Below the pieces are notes generated by a model. The model searched no databases. It was not told the DNA's origin and saw only the letters and a list, made by a program, of their open reading frames with translations. Below, one piece after another: positions 50,056 to 62,091 of a DNA stretch of 64,000 bases. The stretch covers positions 9,486,001 through 9,550,000 of the forward strand of contig OX597822.1 of assembly GCA_951406725.2 (NCBI GenBank), in the 5' to 3' direction. The DNA is from Octopus vulgaris (Eukaryota). Every line of letters begins with the position of its first letter. The stretch's first letter is position 1. Position numbers and translations under genes: made by a program.

Positions 50056-51590
50056 TAGAGGTGAATGCAAACACTGGCGTCAACAAAAGCCAGCGTAACT
50101 GGACGAAAGTAGAGCTGGAAGTTTTCATCAGAGGATGGAGCTCAGCCGACAGATCGCAACCAACTAAAAACATAGCGGCGACCCTGAAAAGCCATGGCTT
50201 TATGAGGACGTTGGCGCAAGTAGTGAGGAAGAAAAGAGAAGTCGAAAGGGCCTACACTCTCATTGCACCACACATGGCTTTGCTAAGCCAAGTCCTCAAG
50301 GTGGACAAAGACAAAGAGAGAGAGATGGAAATAGGAAACACCAACCACGGAGTGTCAAAAAATGACACGCCCACTGCCACAGTCGAAGAAGGCAAGCAAG
50401 GCAAACAACAGATAGGCGGCGATGGGGAAACGGAAAATAACCACCCGGATGAAAATACCAATGCAGAAAGGAACCAGTGGACAACCGTCCAACGGAGGAA
50501 GAAAAAACAGAGAGGAACTGGGGACAAGAAAACCTAGATAACATGCAAATTCTTCCGGAATGGAACCTGCTGGCATGGAGAAACAGGGGAAGGATGCAGG
50601 TTCGCTCATCCCAGGCCCTATGGAAATTGCATCAAACCCACTCGACCAAAATGCCTTAACCAAAACCAGAACAAATACAAGCTGCCCCAGAAATATGCAG
50701 ACATAGTGCGTAATGCCCCAACAAGGAGAAGGCGCACATTTGCAGAGGAAATGCAGACGGCGGCAGCAGAACAAAGAAATTTTGTGGAAATAGCAGAGAA
50801 AATTGTGGGACAACTGGCCTGGATACATCGTCTTCAGAGCCAGGGGCACTCACAACAGCACTCAAGACCACCACAATCAAGGGACCCAGGGTGGCCACCG
50901 CTGACACCAGCCCAGGTGCCACACCGTCAGCCTTTATTGACACCCCAAATATCTCACCAGTGCTTCTGCTGAATGTCAGAGGTCTGGTGAAACCCACTAA
51001 TATGAGTAAAATTCCTTACCTTAGGGACTTAAGCACAAGCAACCATGCAATATGCATAGCACTGACTGAAACGCACCTGTCAAGCAGTATAGCAGATGCA
51101 GAAATACACATACCAAAGTATACTGTTTTTCGGTCAGACAGGAAGGAAAGAACTCATGGTGGGGTTGCCCTGTACGTCCGTGAAGATGTCACACTGATAG
51201 TACACATGAAACAACCGAAAACAGTAATATGTGTCACATATCGGCCACCAGACACCCCTAGTCATGAAGGAGTGTTTGAAGATAGCCTCAGAAGAATAGA
51301 AGAAGTCCTGGACAAACTGGACCAGGGTAACACCATTCTACTGCTGGGAGATTTTAACCTTCCGAAAGTCAAATGGCCAGATGGCCATCTCCTCCCTGGA
51401 ATGACATCACTTGAACAGAAACAGAGTCCTTGTTGGCTCTCACATGCAAGTTTTTCATGGAACAAGCAGTGCTTCGGCCAACAAGAGGTGAGAACGAATT
51501 GGACCTCTGTTTCACAAGCAACCCGATGCTCATCCACAACATAATGGTAACACCAACAATTCTCTCAGATCACAACTTAGTAGAGGTAAT
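50056..51590 (+). mobile_element. LINE 5' portion (Myb/SANT-like + CCCH ORF1, APE)
   Basis: [15 protein letters not shown]...[12 protein letters not shown]; CKFFRNGTCWHGETGEGCRFAH (~50544-50610); LLLNVRGL, ALTETHL, GDFNLP, LDLCF, LSDH. Confidence 0.8.
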
Positions 51591-51594
51591 GTAT

Positions 51595-52050
51595 ATGTGT
51601 TTACAGCTTGATATTGTAAGGCTTGAAATTTACCAGCATTAAATTGCATGTTGTTGTCTTCAGCCCATTTGTATATGGCATCCAGATCTTGTTGTAAAGA
51701 TCTGATCATATACATATACATATGTATATACATATGTATATATATACATATGTATATATATAGGACAAGATACTGTGATAGCCTGGGCTTCCGAGCCCCA
51801 CAGCTCTTCAATAACCTGAGAGACCTGCATGGGGTGGATGCAGATGTCTTTAAAATAAAACCGATCTCTTCCTGTCAGGTGTCCCAGATGAACCAACTTC
51901 ACGGCAAGAGGTGCAAATAAGGGCAGCTGCATTGAACTCTCTCATGCACCAAATGGCATTCGCTAAAAAGCTTTCGTGAAGTGAAACCATGTAGCAACAC
52001 CAAATGGCAGTGCCCCGGCATGGCCACAGCTCATGAGCTGAAACTAAAAA
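51595..52050 (+). mobile_element. Rearranged LINE fragments: short inverted RT piece (~51603-51705) and 3' end (51762-52050)
   Basis: Minus strand LQQDLDAIYKWAEDNNMQFNAGKFQ; plus strand SLGFRAPQLFNNLRDL and a tail hairpin cagctcatgagctg. Confidence 0.7.
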
Positions 52051-52062
52051 ATCAAAATCAAA

Positions 52063-53202
52063 ATATGTATATATGTATATATATACATATGTATATATAT
52101 ATATATACATATGTAAATATGTATATATATACACATATGTATATATGTATATATATACACATATGTATATATGTACATATATATATACACATATGTATAT
52201 ATGTACATATATATATACACATATGTATAAATGTATATATATATATACATATACACATGTATATATGTATATATATATATATACACACATATGTATACAT
52301 GTATATATATATATACATATATATATACACATGTATATATATATATACATATATATATACACGTATATATGTATATATATACACATGTATATATGTATAT
52401 ATATACACATATGTATATATATATACACATATGTATATATATATATATACACATATGTATACATGTATATATATATATACACATGTATATATATATATAT
52501 ACACATGTATATATATATATACACATGTATATATATATATATGCACATATGTATATATGTATATATATATATACACACATATGTATATATATATATACAC
52601 ACATATGTATATATATATATATACACATATGTATATATATATATACACACACATATGTATATATATATACACACACATATGTATATATATATACACATGT
52701 ATATATATATATATACACATATGTATATATATATATATACACACATATGTATATATATATATACACATATGTATATATATATATACACACATATGTATAT
52801 ATATATATACGTATATATATACACGTATATATATACATATGTATATACATATATATATATATATATACATATATACACATATGTATATATGTATGTATAT
52901 ATGTATATATATGTACACATATGTATATATGTATGTATATGCATATATATAGGCATATATATATACATATATACACATATGTATATATGTATGTATATAT
53001 GTATATATATACACATATGTATATATGTATGTATATATATATATATACACATATGTATATATGTATAATATATATATATATATATATACATATGTATATA
53101 TGTATATATATACATATGTATATATGTATATATATACATATGTATATATGTATATATATATATATATACATATGTATATATATATATATACATGTATATA
53201 TG

Positions 53203-53268
<66 letters not shown>

Positions 53269-53343
53269 CATATATATACACACACACACACATATGCATA
53301 TATATATATATATATATACACATATGCATATATACATATATAT

Positions 53344-53414
<71 letters not shown>

Positions 53415-53459
53415 CATATGTATATATATATATATACATATATGTATATATATATATAT

Positions 53460-53522
<63 letters not shown>

Positions 53523-53524
53523 AC

Positions 53525-53603
<79 letters not shown>

Positions 53604-53669
53604 TATACATATTATATATATATATACATATGTATATATATATATACATACACATATATATATACATAT

Positions 53670-53721
<52 letters not shown>

Positions 53722-53927
53722 GTATATATATATATACATATGTATATATGTATATATATATATACATATGTATATATGTATATATATACATATGTATATA
53801 TATTTATATATATACATATGTATATATACATATATATATATACGCCCCAGCATGGCCGCGGCCTTCGGGCTAAAACATTTTTAAGGATATATATATATAT
53901 ATATATACTTATGTATATACATATGTA

Positions 53928-53999
<72 letters not shown>

Positions 54000-54010
54000 T
54001 ATATGATGTA

Positions 54011-54051
<41 letters not shown>

Positions 54052-54077
54052 GCATATATATATATGTATATATGTAT
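52063..54077. repeat. ~2-kb compound (TA)n/(CA)n microsatellite
   Basis: Seen directly; short SINE-tail-like scrap at ~53843-53885. Confidence 0.95.
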
Positions 54078-54084
54078 TTTTTTT

Positions 54085-54209
54085 TTTGTACTTGTTTCAG
54101 TCATGCTGGAGCACCGCCTTTAGAGTGGTGAAAGAGTACAGCAGGGATCACCACCACCTCTTGCCGGAGCCTCGTGGAGCTTTTAGGTGTTTTCGCTCAA
54201 TAAGCACTT
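54085..54209 (-). mobile_element. Fused fragments of the SINE A tail and SINE B core
   Basis: tacttgtttcagtcatgctggagcaccgcc joined to gtggtgaaagagtacagcagggatcacc...ggtgttttcgctcaataa. Confidence 0.65.
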
Positions 54210-55624
54210 AGATTTATTTTAGAGAACAATTACTTTATTTTTGACAATAATTTCTACAGACAAAGATCGGGAACAGCGATGGGCACGCGTACTGCACCAT
54301 CTTTTGCCAACCTAGTGATGGGATACCTCGAGAAAATACTCTACCAGATAACACTCGAGAAATTTGGAAACACCTTCACCACCTATATCCATAACAACTG
54401 GAAAAGATACCTCGATGACTGTTTCATCATCTGGGACAAAGGTATAGAGAAACTTGAGGAATTTAAAATACTATCAAATGGAATAAATGATAATATACAA
54501 TTCACGATGGATCACAACGAAACAGAATTACCATTTTTAGACATCCTCATTAAGAAAACCGGCAAAAAAATAGAGACAGATATCTACTATAAACCGACAG
54601 ACTCCAAACAATACCTACCCTTTGATTCATGCCACCCATGACACACTAGAATAAATGTCCCTTTTTGTTTAGCTAGAAGGATCTGCACCATAATATCAGA
54701 CACAAACACCCGACACACACGTCTCCAGGAACTTAGAACCACACTCACAAATAGAAACTATCCACAGCCCCTAATAGACAGTGCAATCCAAAGGGCACTC
54801 AAATTAAGTATAGAAGACCTGAGACAAACAAAACCAAAAAAGAAAGAACAATTAAAAACCCTTCCCTACATCTCTACACACAACCCACTCAACAATGAGG
54901 CCTTCAGCGCCATACTACAAAGCACAGCCCTACTAAAGGGAGACCCAAAGATGAACCGGATCCTCGAAACACACACCATGATTAAAAGTAAACGGCAACC
55001 AAAATCCTTGAAAAGGATTTTAACCCAAGCTAAACTGCACTCAACATCAACCACAAAACCAGCAGTTAGAAAATGTGGAAGGCCCAACTGCGGAATCTGT
55101 GTCATCTTGATAGAAGGTTCAGAATTTATACTAGAACAAGGCCATCAGTTCACCATTAGAGCAAACTTCACCTGCGCATCAGAAAACTTAATTTACGTCA
55201 TAACATGCGCAGGCTGCAATAGGCAGTATATAGGCCATACAAAAAATAGCTTACGTAACAGGATAGCGGTGCATAAATCACAAATTAGAAACCCTGAATA
55301 CCGGAAAATACCGGTCAGCGGACACATAGATAGATGTGCTGGAAATGTAAATCCGAAATTTACAACTTACCCGCTTTATAAATTCAGTGACAATGCAACC
55401 TTCACGCAACGCCAAAATAAAGAACTGTATTTCATCAAAAAATTTAGACCAAGTTTAAACACCCTGGGCCAGGAATATTAAAACAAAAGATTGGTCCTCC
55501 GAAAAGGAGAAGCGAAATTCCACCACGGCCGCTACCTAAAACAGTCACTCACACTGACGGAAATATGTCTTAGGGAAAAGGGAAAAAAATTTATAAAAAG
55601 ATCTCTTCGAACAGATCTAATCCT

Positions 55625-55950
55625 GATGGACTGGCCACATACGATACAGCTAAGGGTCAGACCCGATTCTGATTGGTCGAAACATTGATGACATCTCGTT
55701 CTGCTGGACTGGCCACCTAACGGGATGATTGGTCAAAGCAGTGATGACGTCTCGTTACGCTGGACTGGCCACCTAACGGGATACAGACAAGGGGCAGATC
55801 TAATACAGCTATAGGTCGGACCCGATTCTGATTGGTCATAATATTGATGACGTCCCGTTCTGCTTGACTAGCCACCTAACGAAACGATTGGTCAAAACAT
55901 TGATGACGTCACGTTCCGCTGGACTGGCCACCTAACAGGTGATATAAAAC
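55625..55950 (+). promoter_or_regulatory. Putative pLTR promoter: repeated ATTGG and TGACGTC motifs before a TATA-like box
   Basis: Four ~55-120-bp units with gattggtc...tgatgac(a/g)tc...ggactggccac; tataaaa at ~55943. Confidence 0.45.
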
Positions 55951-56264
55951 CCAAACTATTCACAAGGTTCGCCAGCACTGTCCGAGTGGACACCGACCAA
56001 AAGTCATCACAGTTACTCAAGGTAAAATCTAAAATGAATTCCTCGCTTTTTCAAGAACATCATTTTTTTATATTGAATGCATATCACCACTATGAACTAT
56101 TTTTTATATTGAATGCATATCACCACTATGAACTACTACATCATACTCTTTAAACGTATAGCATGAACTCACTTCACTATATGTGAACTTTTGATGTCTG
56201 ACTCTATTGTATATTATATATGAATTTTATATTTGATAGCATGAACTATCTTTTTTATATATAA

Positions 56265-56312
56265 TTTTTTTGATAAGGTTCATCATTTCAAGAACCGAAA
56301 CATGTTAAATAA
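56265..56312 (+). ncRNA. Degenerate short hammerhead motif in the Penelope pLTR
   Basis: ttt-TTGATAA-ggttc/gaacc-GAAA-CATGTTA; core has two substitutions relative to CUGANGA. Confidence 0.45.
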
Positions 56313-56497
56313 ATAATGTATATATAAAAATTAAAAATTTGTCTAATATAGCAGCATTTTCGAACTTCATTTTTTACAAATATGAATATATGTATATATA
56401 TATATATGTCTGTGTGTGTATATATATATATATATATATGTCTGTGTGTATATATATATATGTATGTATATATATATATGTATGTATATGTATATAT

Positions 56498-56535
<38 letters not shown>

Positions 56536-56580
56536 GTATGTATATATATATATGTATGTATATATATATATGTATGTATA

Positions 56581-57332
56581 TATTTAACCGTAGGCTGCCT
56601 CAAGCCGTAATCCCATCTTTTCCCATCTTTCAGCCATTGGCGGTCTTCTTTTCTTTTTCCTCCTCTTCTTCTTCATATGCTAAAACTTGAAAACCGCCAT
56701 TACTATTACGATTCTGCAATTTAAATTCCCAGTTCAACTTACTTTCTTCTTCAATTTCAACTCCCGCTCGATGACCGCAGCAAGTTCTTAAAAATTTATC
56801 TTACTATTTTTTTATTCGTTGTTACTACGTTTATTCATACACTGTTACGAAAATTTAACCTTTTTTAGGCTACTTTCAAGCCTTCGCCATAACTTGATTT
56901 ATCTTCCTATCTCTCTCTCTACAATATTTAACCGTAGGCTGCCTCAAGCCGTAATCCCATCTTTTCCCATCTTTCAGCCATTGGCGGTCTTCTTTTTCTT
57001 TTTCCTCCTCTTCTTCTTCATATGCTAAAACTTGAAAACCGCCATTACTATTACGATTCTGCAATTTAAATTCCCAGTTCAACTTACTTTCTTCTTCAAT
57101 TTCAACTCCCGCTCGATGACCGCAGCAAGTTCTTAAAAATTTATCTTACTATTTTTTTATTCGTTGTTACTACGTTTATTCATACACTGTTACGAAAATT
57201 TAACCTTTTTTAGGCTACTTTCAAGCCTTCGCCATAACTTGATTTATCTTCCTATCTCTCTCTCTACAATATTTAACCGTAGGCTGCCTCAAGCCGTAAT
57301 CCCATCTTTTCCCATCTTTCAGCCATTGGCGG
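56581..57332 (+). repeat. ~345-bp tandem monomers (2.2 copies) at the RTE 5' end
   Basis: tatttaaccgtaggctgcctcaagccg starts at 56581, 56925 and 57270. Confidence 0.9.
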
Positions 57333-58206
57333 TGCGCCCCGCCCCCCCACCCCCACCACCAATACCGTTGAACACTGTTCTCACCCCCACCACCAATACC
57401 GTTGAACACTGTTCTCACCCCCCCACCACCAATACCAGTATACCCCGTTCTCTCCATCTACACCGGATACACCTTACTCATCTACACTGGGTACGCCCTA
57501 CTCCCTCCTCCTCCCCCACTACCCCTTCTCCTCATATGCTTAAGACAAGCTGCTAGCGCCATAGCTCATCAACTGCCCACCGATCTTACGCTTCCTCCTG
57601 ACACTGCCTCAATCCGACCATCCCCTTTTAGTACCCTCCCGCCTCGTCAATCCGACCATCCCCTTTTAGTACCCTTCTCCTCATATGCTTAAGACAAGCT
57701 GCTAGCGCCATAGCTCATCAACTGCCCACCGATCTTACGCTTCCTCCTGACACTGCCTCAATCCGACCATCCCCTTTTAGTACCCTCCCGCCTCGTCAAT
57801 CCGACCATCCCCTTTTAGTACCCTCCCGCCTCGTAATATCCTAAGTTTTTATTTCTTAGGAACCTACACCAACCCTTCCTGCCATCGTTCCTCCTTACCC
57901 CAACCTTCCCCACTGGTTGCTCCCCTATATTACCCGCCTCAACTGGACCCCCCTCCCCAACTCAACTCTAGAATATCTGTATTTCTTTCCTCTACCTAAT
58001 TACGTTACTCAGTGACGATAACAAATGTCCACTGCTAACACCAGCTCCTGCCCACGGCGTGGTCAGGTTGGAAGAGAGATCAAAAGAAAAATACCACGAA
58101 AACTATCACCACCACTACAACCCTCCTCTTCTCAGGCGCCGAATCCCCCTGTCCCCCCCACATCTCCTTCCCAGTTTTCAGAGTTGGCACTATCAATGTT
58201 GGTACA

Positions 58207-61200
58207 TTGACAGGCAAGTCTAGTGAGATTGTAGAGATGCTAGAGAGAAGACAGGTTGATGTATGCTGCATACAAGAGGTAAGATGGAGAGATGCTTCGG
58301 CTAGGGTCCTCACGGGCAAGGCATTTAGATACAAACTCTACTGGCAAGGTAACGCGGAAGGTGTAGGGGGTGTAGGCATTCTCCTTGCGGAGGAATGGGT
58401 GGATAAGGTCATAGAGGTTGTCAGGGTTTGTGATAGAGTGCTTAAGCTCAGGTTGGTCCTACAGAGTGGCACAGCTATGATTATCTCAGCCTATGCCCCA
58501 CAAGCGGGACTACCAAATGATCAGAAGGACAACTTTTATGATACCCTTCTGCAGGCTACTTCAAAGACTAGTAACAAGGACCTCATCTTTGTAGGTGGAG
58601 ATTTTAACGGGCATGTTGGGCGGGAATCGGGTATCTTCACTGGGGTACATGGTGGATATGGTATTGGCACCAGAAATGATGAGGGAACTAGACTACTGGA
58701 ATTCTGTGATGCATGTAACCTTTCAATCTGCAACACTAACTTCAAGAAGCCAGTCTGCCACCTTATAACTTATCAGTCAGGAGACTCCGCTAGCCAAATA
58801 GACTTCATCCTCACCAGACAACGGGATGCAGGGTTGCTCTTGAATACAAAGACCCTCCCGGGTGAAGAATGTATCCCTCAGCATAGACTAATCATCAGTG
58901 ACTTTAAGCTTGAGGCCAGAAGGACTCCAAGAAACAAACCAATCCAGAAAAGAAGGATTTGGAGGCTAAAGAACCCTTCGCATGGTCAGAAATTTAGGGA
59001 CATACTCATCAAGAAATTTGATGAGAGGGAAGAGGAGCTTCAGACGTCAGACATAGAAGGTAGCTGGGAATTCCTACGGGACAGCTTGTTGAGTGCCACA
59101 GACCAAGTTTGTGGATGGTGCAAAGTCCCTTCCAGACCTAGAATTACGTGGTGGTGGAATAGTGCAGTAGATAAAGCCATCTGTGAAAAGAGACGGGCCT
59201 GGAAAGCCTGGAAGGATGGGGGCAGCAGGGAACTGTACCAGATAGCCAAAAGGGAGGCTGGGCGGCAGGTATACATTGCCAAAGATGTAGCAGAAAAGAA
59301 GAAGTTTGCCAATGTCCAGCGTCGCGAGGATCAAAGAGCTGAAGTATTTCGGATTGCCAGACAGTGTGTCAGAGAAAATAGCGATGTTATAGGAGAGAAA
59401 TGTGTCCGCATGGATGATGGGGCACTTGCTTTTACTACTAGTGAAAAGAAAGAGGCTTGGAGAAGCCATTATGAAAGACTGCTAAATGAGGAGAATGAAT
59501 GGGAGGAGGAGAGCCTGCCAAATGTTGACCCAGTAGAGGGACCAGCTACCCGAATAGACAGCTCCCTTGTAGATAAGGCAATTAAGGATATGAAACCAGG
59601 CAAAGCCCCTGGCCTATCAGGAATCACTGCTGAGATGCTTAAAACAGCTGGCTATGTGGGCCATGCCATAGTCACCCGCATTGTAAACCAGGTAGTTCAC
59701 AATGGAGCCATACCCAATGACTGGTGCAGCAGTACCATAGTCAACTGCTACAAGGGTAAGGGTGATGCTCTAGATAGAAATAACTACAGAGGTATCAAAC
59801 TGTTGGACCAGGTGATGAAGGTCTCAGAGAAGGTCATAACCAATCTCATTAGGGAGAGAATTTGTTTAGATGAAATGCAGTTCGGTTTTGTACCAGGTAG
59901 AAGCACCACTGATGCTATATTCCTGGTCCGACAACTGCAGGAGAAGTACCTAGCTAAAGATAAACCCCTCTACATAGCTTTTGTAGACTTGGAGAAAGCC
60001 TTTGACAGGGTTCCCCGTTCCCTTATCTGGTGGTCGATGCGGAAACTGGAGATTGAAGAATGGCTAATAAGGGCTGTACAGGCTCTATACAGAGAGGCTG
60101 TTAGCAAGGTTAGGATTGGCAACGAATATAGTGAAGAATTCCGAGTAGAAGTAGGTGTGCACCAGGGCTCAGCCCTCAGTCCCCTTTTGTTCATCATAGT
60201 CCTTCAAGCAATAACAGAGGAATTCAAAACGGGATGCCCCTGGGAGCTCCTCTATGCCGATGACCTAGCTCTCATAGCAGAATCACTACCGGAACTAGAA
60301 GAGAAATTTCGGGTATGGAAGCAAGGGTTGGAATCAAAGGGCCTTAGAATAAATGTAGCAAAGACCAAAGTATTAGTAAGCAGCAAGAGGTACTCAACAC
60401 ACATCCCCTCGGGTAGGTGGCCCTGCTCAACCTGTAGGAAAGGTACAGGTAGAAACTCCATAAGATGCACCCAATGTAAGTTATGGACACATAAGAGGTG
60501 CAGCAACATTAAAGGGAAATTAACAGATAAGATAGCTTTCATGTGCGGCAGATGCACAGGGACAATAGACACAACAGACACTCAGAAAACAGATTCCATC
60601 ACACTCCAGGGAGAGAAACTAGAAGTAGTTGATAGTTTCCGCTACCTGGGAGACCAAGTTAGTAGCGGAGGTGGATGCACAGAGAGTATCACCACTAGAA
60701 TACGAATAGCCTGGGCAAAGTTCAGAAAGCTCCTACCCCTACTGGCAACAAAAGGCCTCTCCCTCAGAGCAAAAGGTAGATTATATGATGCATGTGTGCG
60801 AACTGCCATGCTTCACGGTAATGAAACATGGGCTGTGACTGCAGAAGACATGCGTAGACTTGAAAGAAATGAAGCTAGCATGATCCGCTGGATGTGTAGT
60901 GTCAGTGTGCACGCAAAACAGAGTGTAAGTATCCTGAGAGAAATGCTGGATATAAGAAGCATCAGATGTGGTGTGCAAGAGCGACGCTTGCGATGGTATG
61001 GTCATGTGCTGCGGATGGATGAAGAGAGATGTGTGAAGAAGTGCCACTCCCAAACAGTTGAAGGTATCAGGGGGAGAGGTAGACCCAGGAAGACATGGGA
61101 TGAGGTGGTCAAGCATGACCTCAGAGCATTGGGCCTCACTGAGGCAATGGCGAAGGACCGAGATCTCTGGAGATATGCTGTGACTACAAAGACCCGGGCT

Positions 61201-61260
61201 GCTTTCTGCAGCAATTCCACATACCCCCTACCCATTCTAAGTACCCCCTACCCATTCTAA
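58207..61260 (+). CDS. RTE ORF: APE endonuclease + RT with inserted PHD-like finger (frame open from 58039)
   Basis: GTINVGT, CIQEVRW, GDFNGHVG, QIDFIL, NYRGIKLL, QFGFVPGRSTTDAIF, FVDLEKAFD, HQGSALSP, YADD; CSTC...CTQC...HKRC...CGRC; no stops. Confidence 0.9.
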   Translation: MTGKSSEIVEMLERRQVDVCCIQEVRWRDASARVLTGKAFRYKLYWQGNAEGVGGVGILLAEEWVDKVIEVVRVCDRVLKLRLVLQSGTAMIISAYAPQAGLPNDQKDNFYDTLLQATSKTSNKDLIFVGGDFNGHVGRESGIFTGVHGGYGIGTRNDEGTRLLEFCDACNLSICNTNFKKPVCHLITYQSGDSASQIDFILTRQRDAGLLLNTKTLPGEECIPQHRLIISDFKLEARRTPRNKPIQKRRIWRLKNPSHGQKFRDILIKKFDEREEELQTSDIEGSWEFLRDSLLSATDQVCGWCKVPSRPRITWWWNSAVDKAICEKRRAWKAWKDGGSRELYQIAKREAGRQVYIAKDVAEKKKFANVQRREDQRAEVFRIARQCVRENSDVIGEKCVRMDDGALAFTTSEKKEAWRSHYERLLNEENEWEEESLPNVDPVEGPATRIDSSLVDKAIKDMKPGKAPGLSGITAEMLKTAGYVGHAIVTRIVNQVVHNGAIPNDWCSSTIVNCYKGKGDALDRNNYRGIKLLDQVMKVSEKVITNLIRERICLDEMQFGFVPGRSTTDAIFLVRQLQEKYLAKDKPLYIAFVDLEKAFDRVPRSLIWWSMRKLEIEEWLIRAVQALYREAVSKVRIGNEYSEEFRVEVGVHQGSALSPLLFIIVLQAITEEFKTGCPWELLYADDLALIAESLPELEEKFRVWKQGLESKGLRINVAKTKVLVSSKRYSTHIPSGRWPCSTCRKGTGRNSIRCTQCKLWTHKRCSNIKGKLTDKIAFMCGRCTGTIDTTDTQKTDSITLQGEKLEVVDSFRYLGDQVSSGGGCTESITTRIRIAWAKFRKLLPLLATKGLSLRAKGRLYDACVRTAMLHGNETWAVTAEDMRRLERNEASMIRWMCSVSVHAKQSVSILREMLDIRSIRCGVQERRLRWYGHVLRMDEERCVKKCHSQTVEGIRGRGRPRKTWDEVVKHDLRALGLTEAMAKDRDLWRYAVTTKTRAAFCSNSTYPLPILSTPYPF

Positions 61261-61607
61261 GTACCCCGGATCCCCAAAGTACCCCGGATCCCCAAAGTAC
61301 CCTGGATCCCCAAAATACCCCGATCCCCAAAGTACCCCGGACCTCGTTGCCCCCGTGCCGCTGACACGTTAAAATGCTCGAATCCGATCGTGACGATGCC
61401 GGACCCTCCGGCCCCTGTGCAGGTGGCACGTAAAAAGCACCCAATCCACTCACGGAGTGGTTGGCGTTAGGAAGGGCATCCAGCCGTAGAAACTCTGCCA
61501 GATTCAGACTGGAGCCTGGAGCGGCCCCTGGCTTCCCAGACCCGGTCAAACCGTCCAACCCGTGCTAGCGCGGAAAGCGGACGTTAAACGATGATGATGA
61601 TGATGAT

Positions 61608-62091
<484 letters not shown>

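Larger units (their letters stand above)
54210..56375 (+). mobile_element. Penelope-like element (Neptune-type), 5'-truncated: RT C-half + GIY-YIG + pLTR
   Basis: GTAMGTRTAPSFANL, RYLDDCF, LPFLDI, YYKPTD; CGRPNCGIC linker; NLIYVITC...QYIG.T...R...H; one frame to 55481 with a single TGA at 54639. Confidence 0.9.
56581..61607 (+). mobile_element. Full-length RTE-clade LINE inserted in (TA)n
   Basis: Tandem 5' UTR, intact ORF, repeat-rich 3' UTR (61222-61340) and (GAT)n tail at 61589-61607; (TA)n on both sides. Confidence 0.85.

Noticed and set aside
49361-54211. Many long Y/I/M/C/H-rich ORFs (up to 686 aa), also at 35649-36022, 56339-56690 and 61546-62238
   Set aside because: These are translations of (TA)n/(CA)n microsatellites, which lack stop codons.
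54639-54641. In-frame TGA in the Penelope ORF as selenocysteine
   Set aside because: It lies in the HP-x-H motif, not at a cysteine position; a CGA-to-TGA mutation is simpler.
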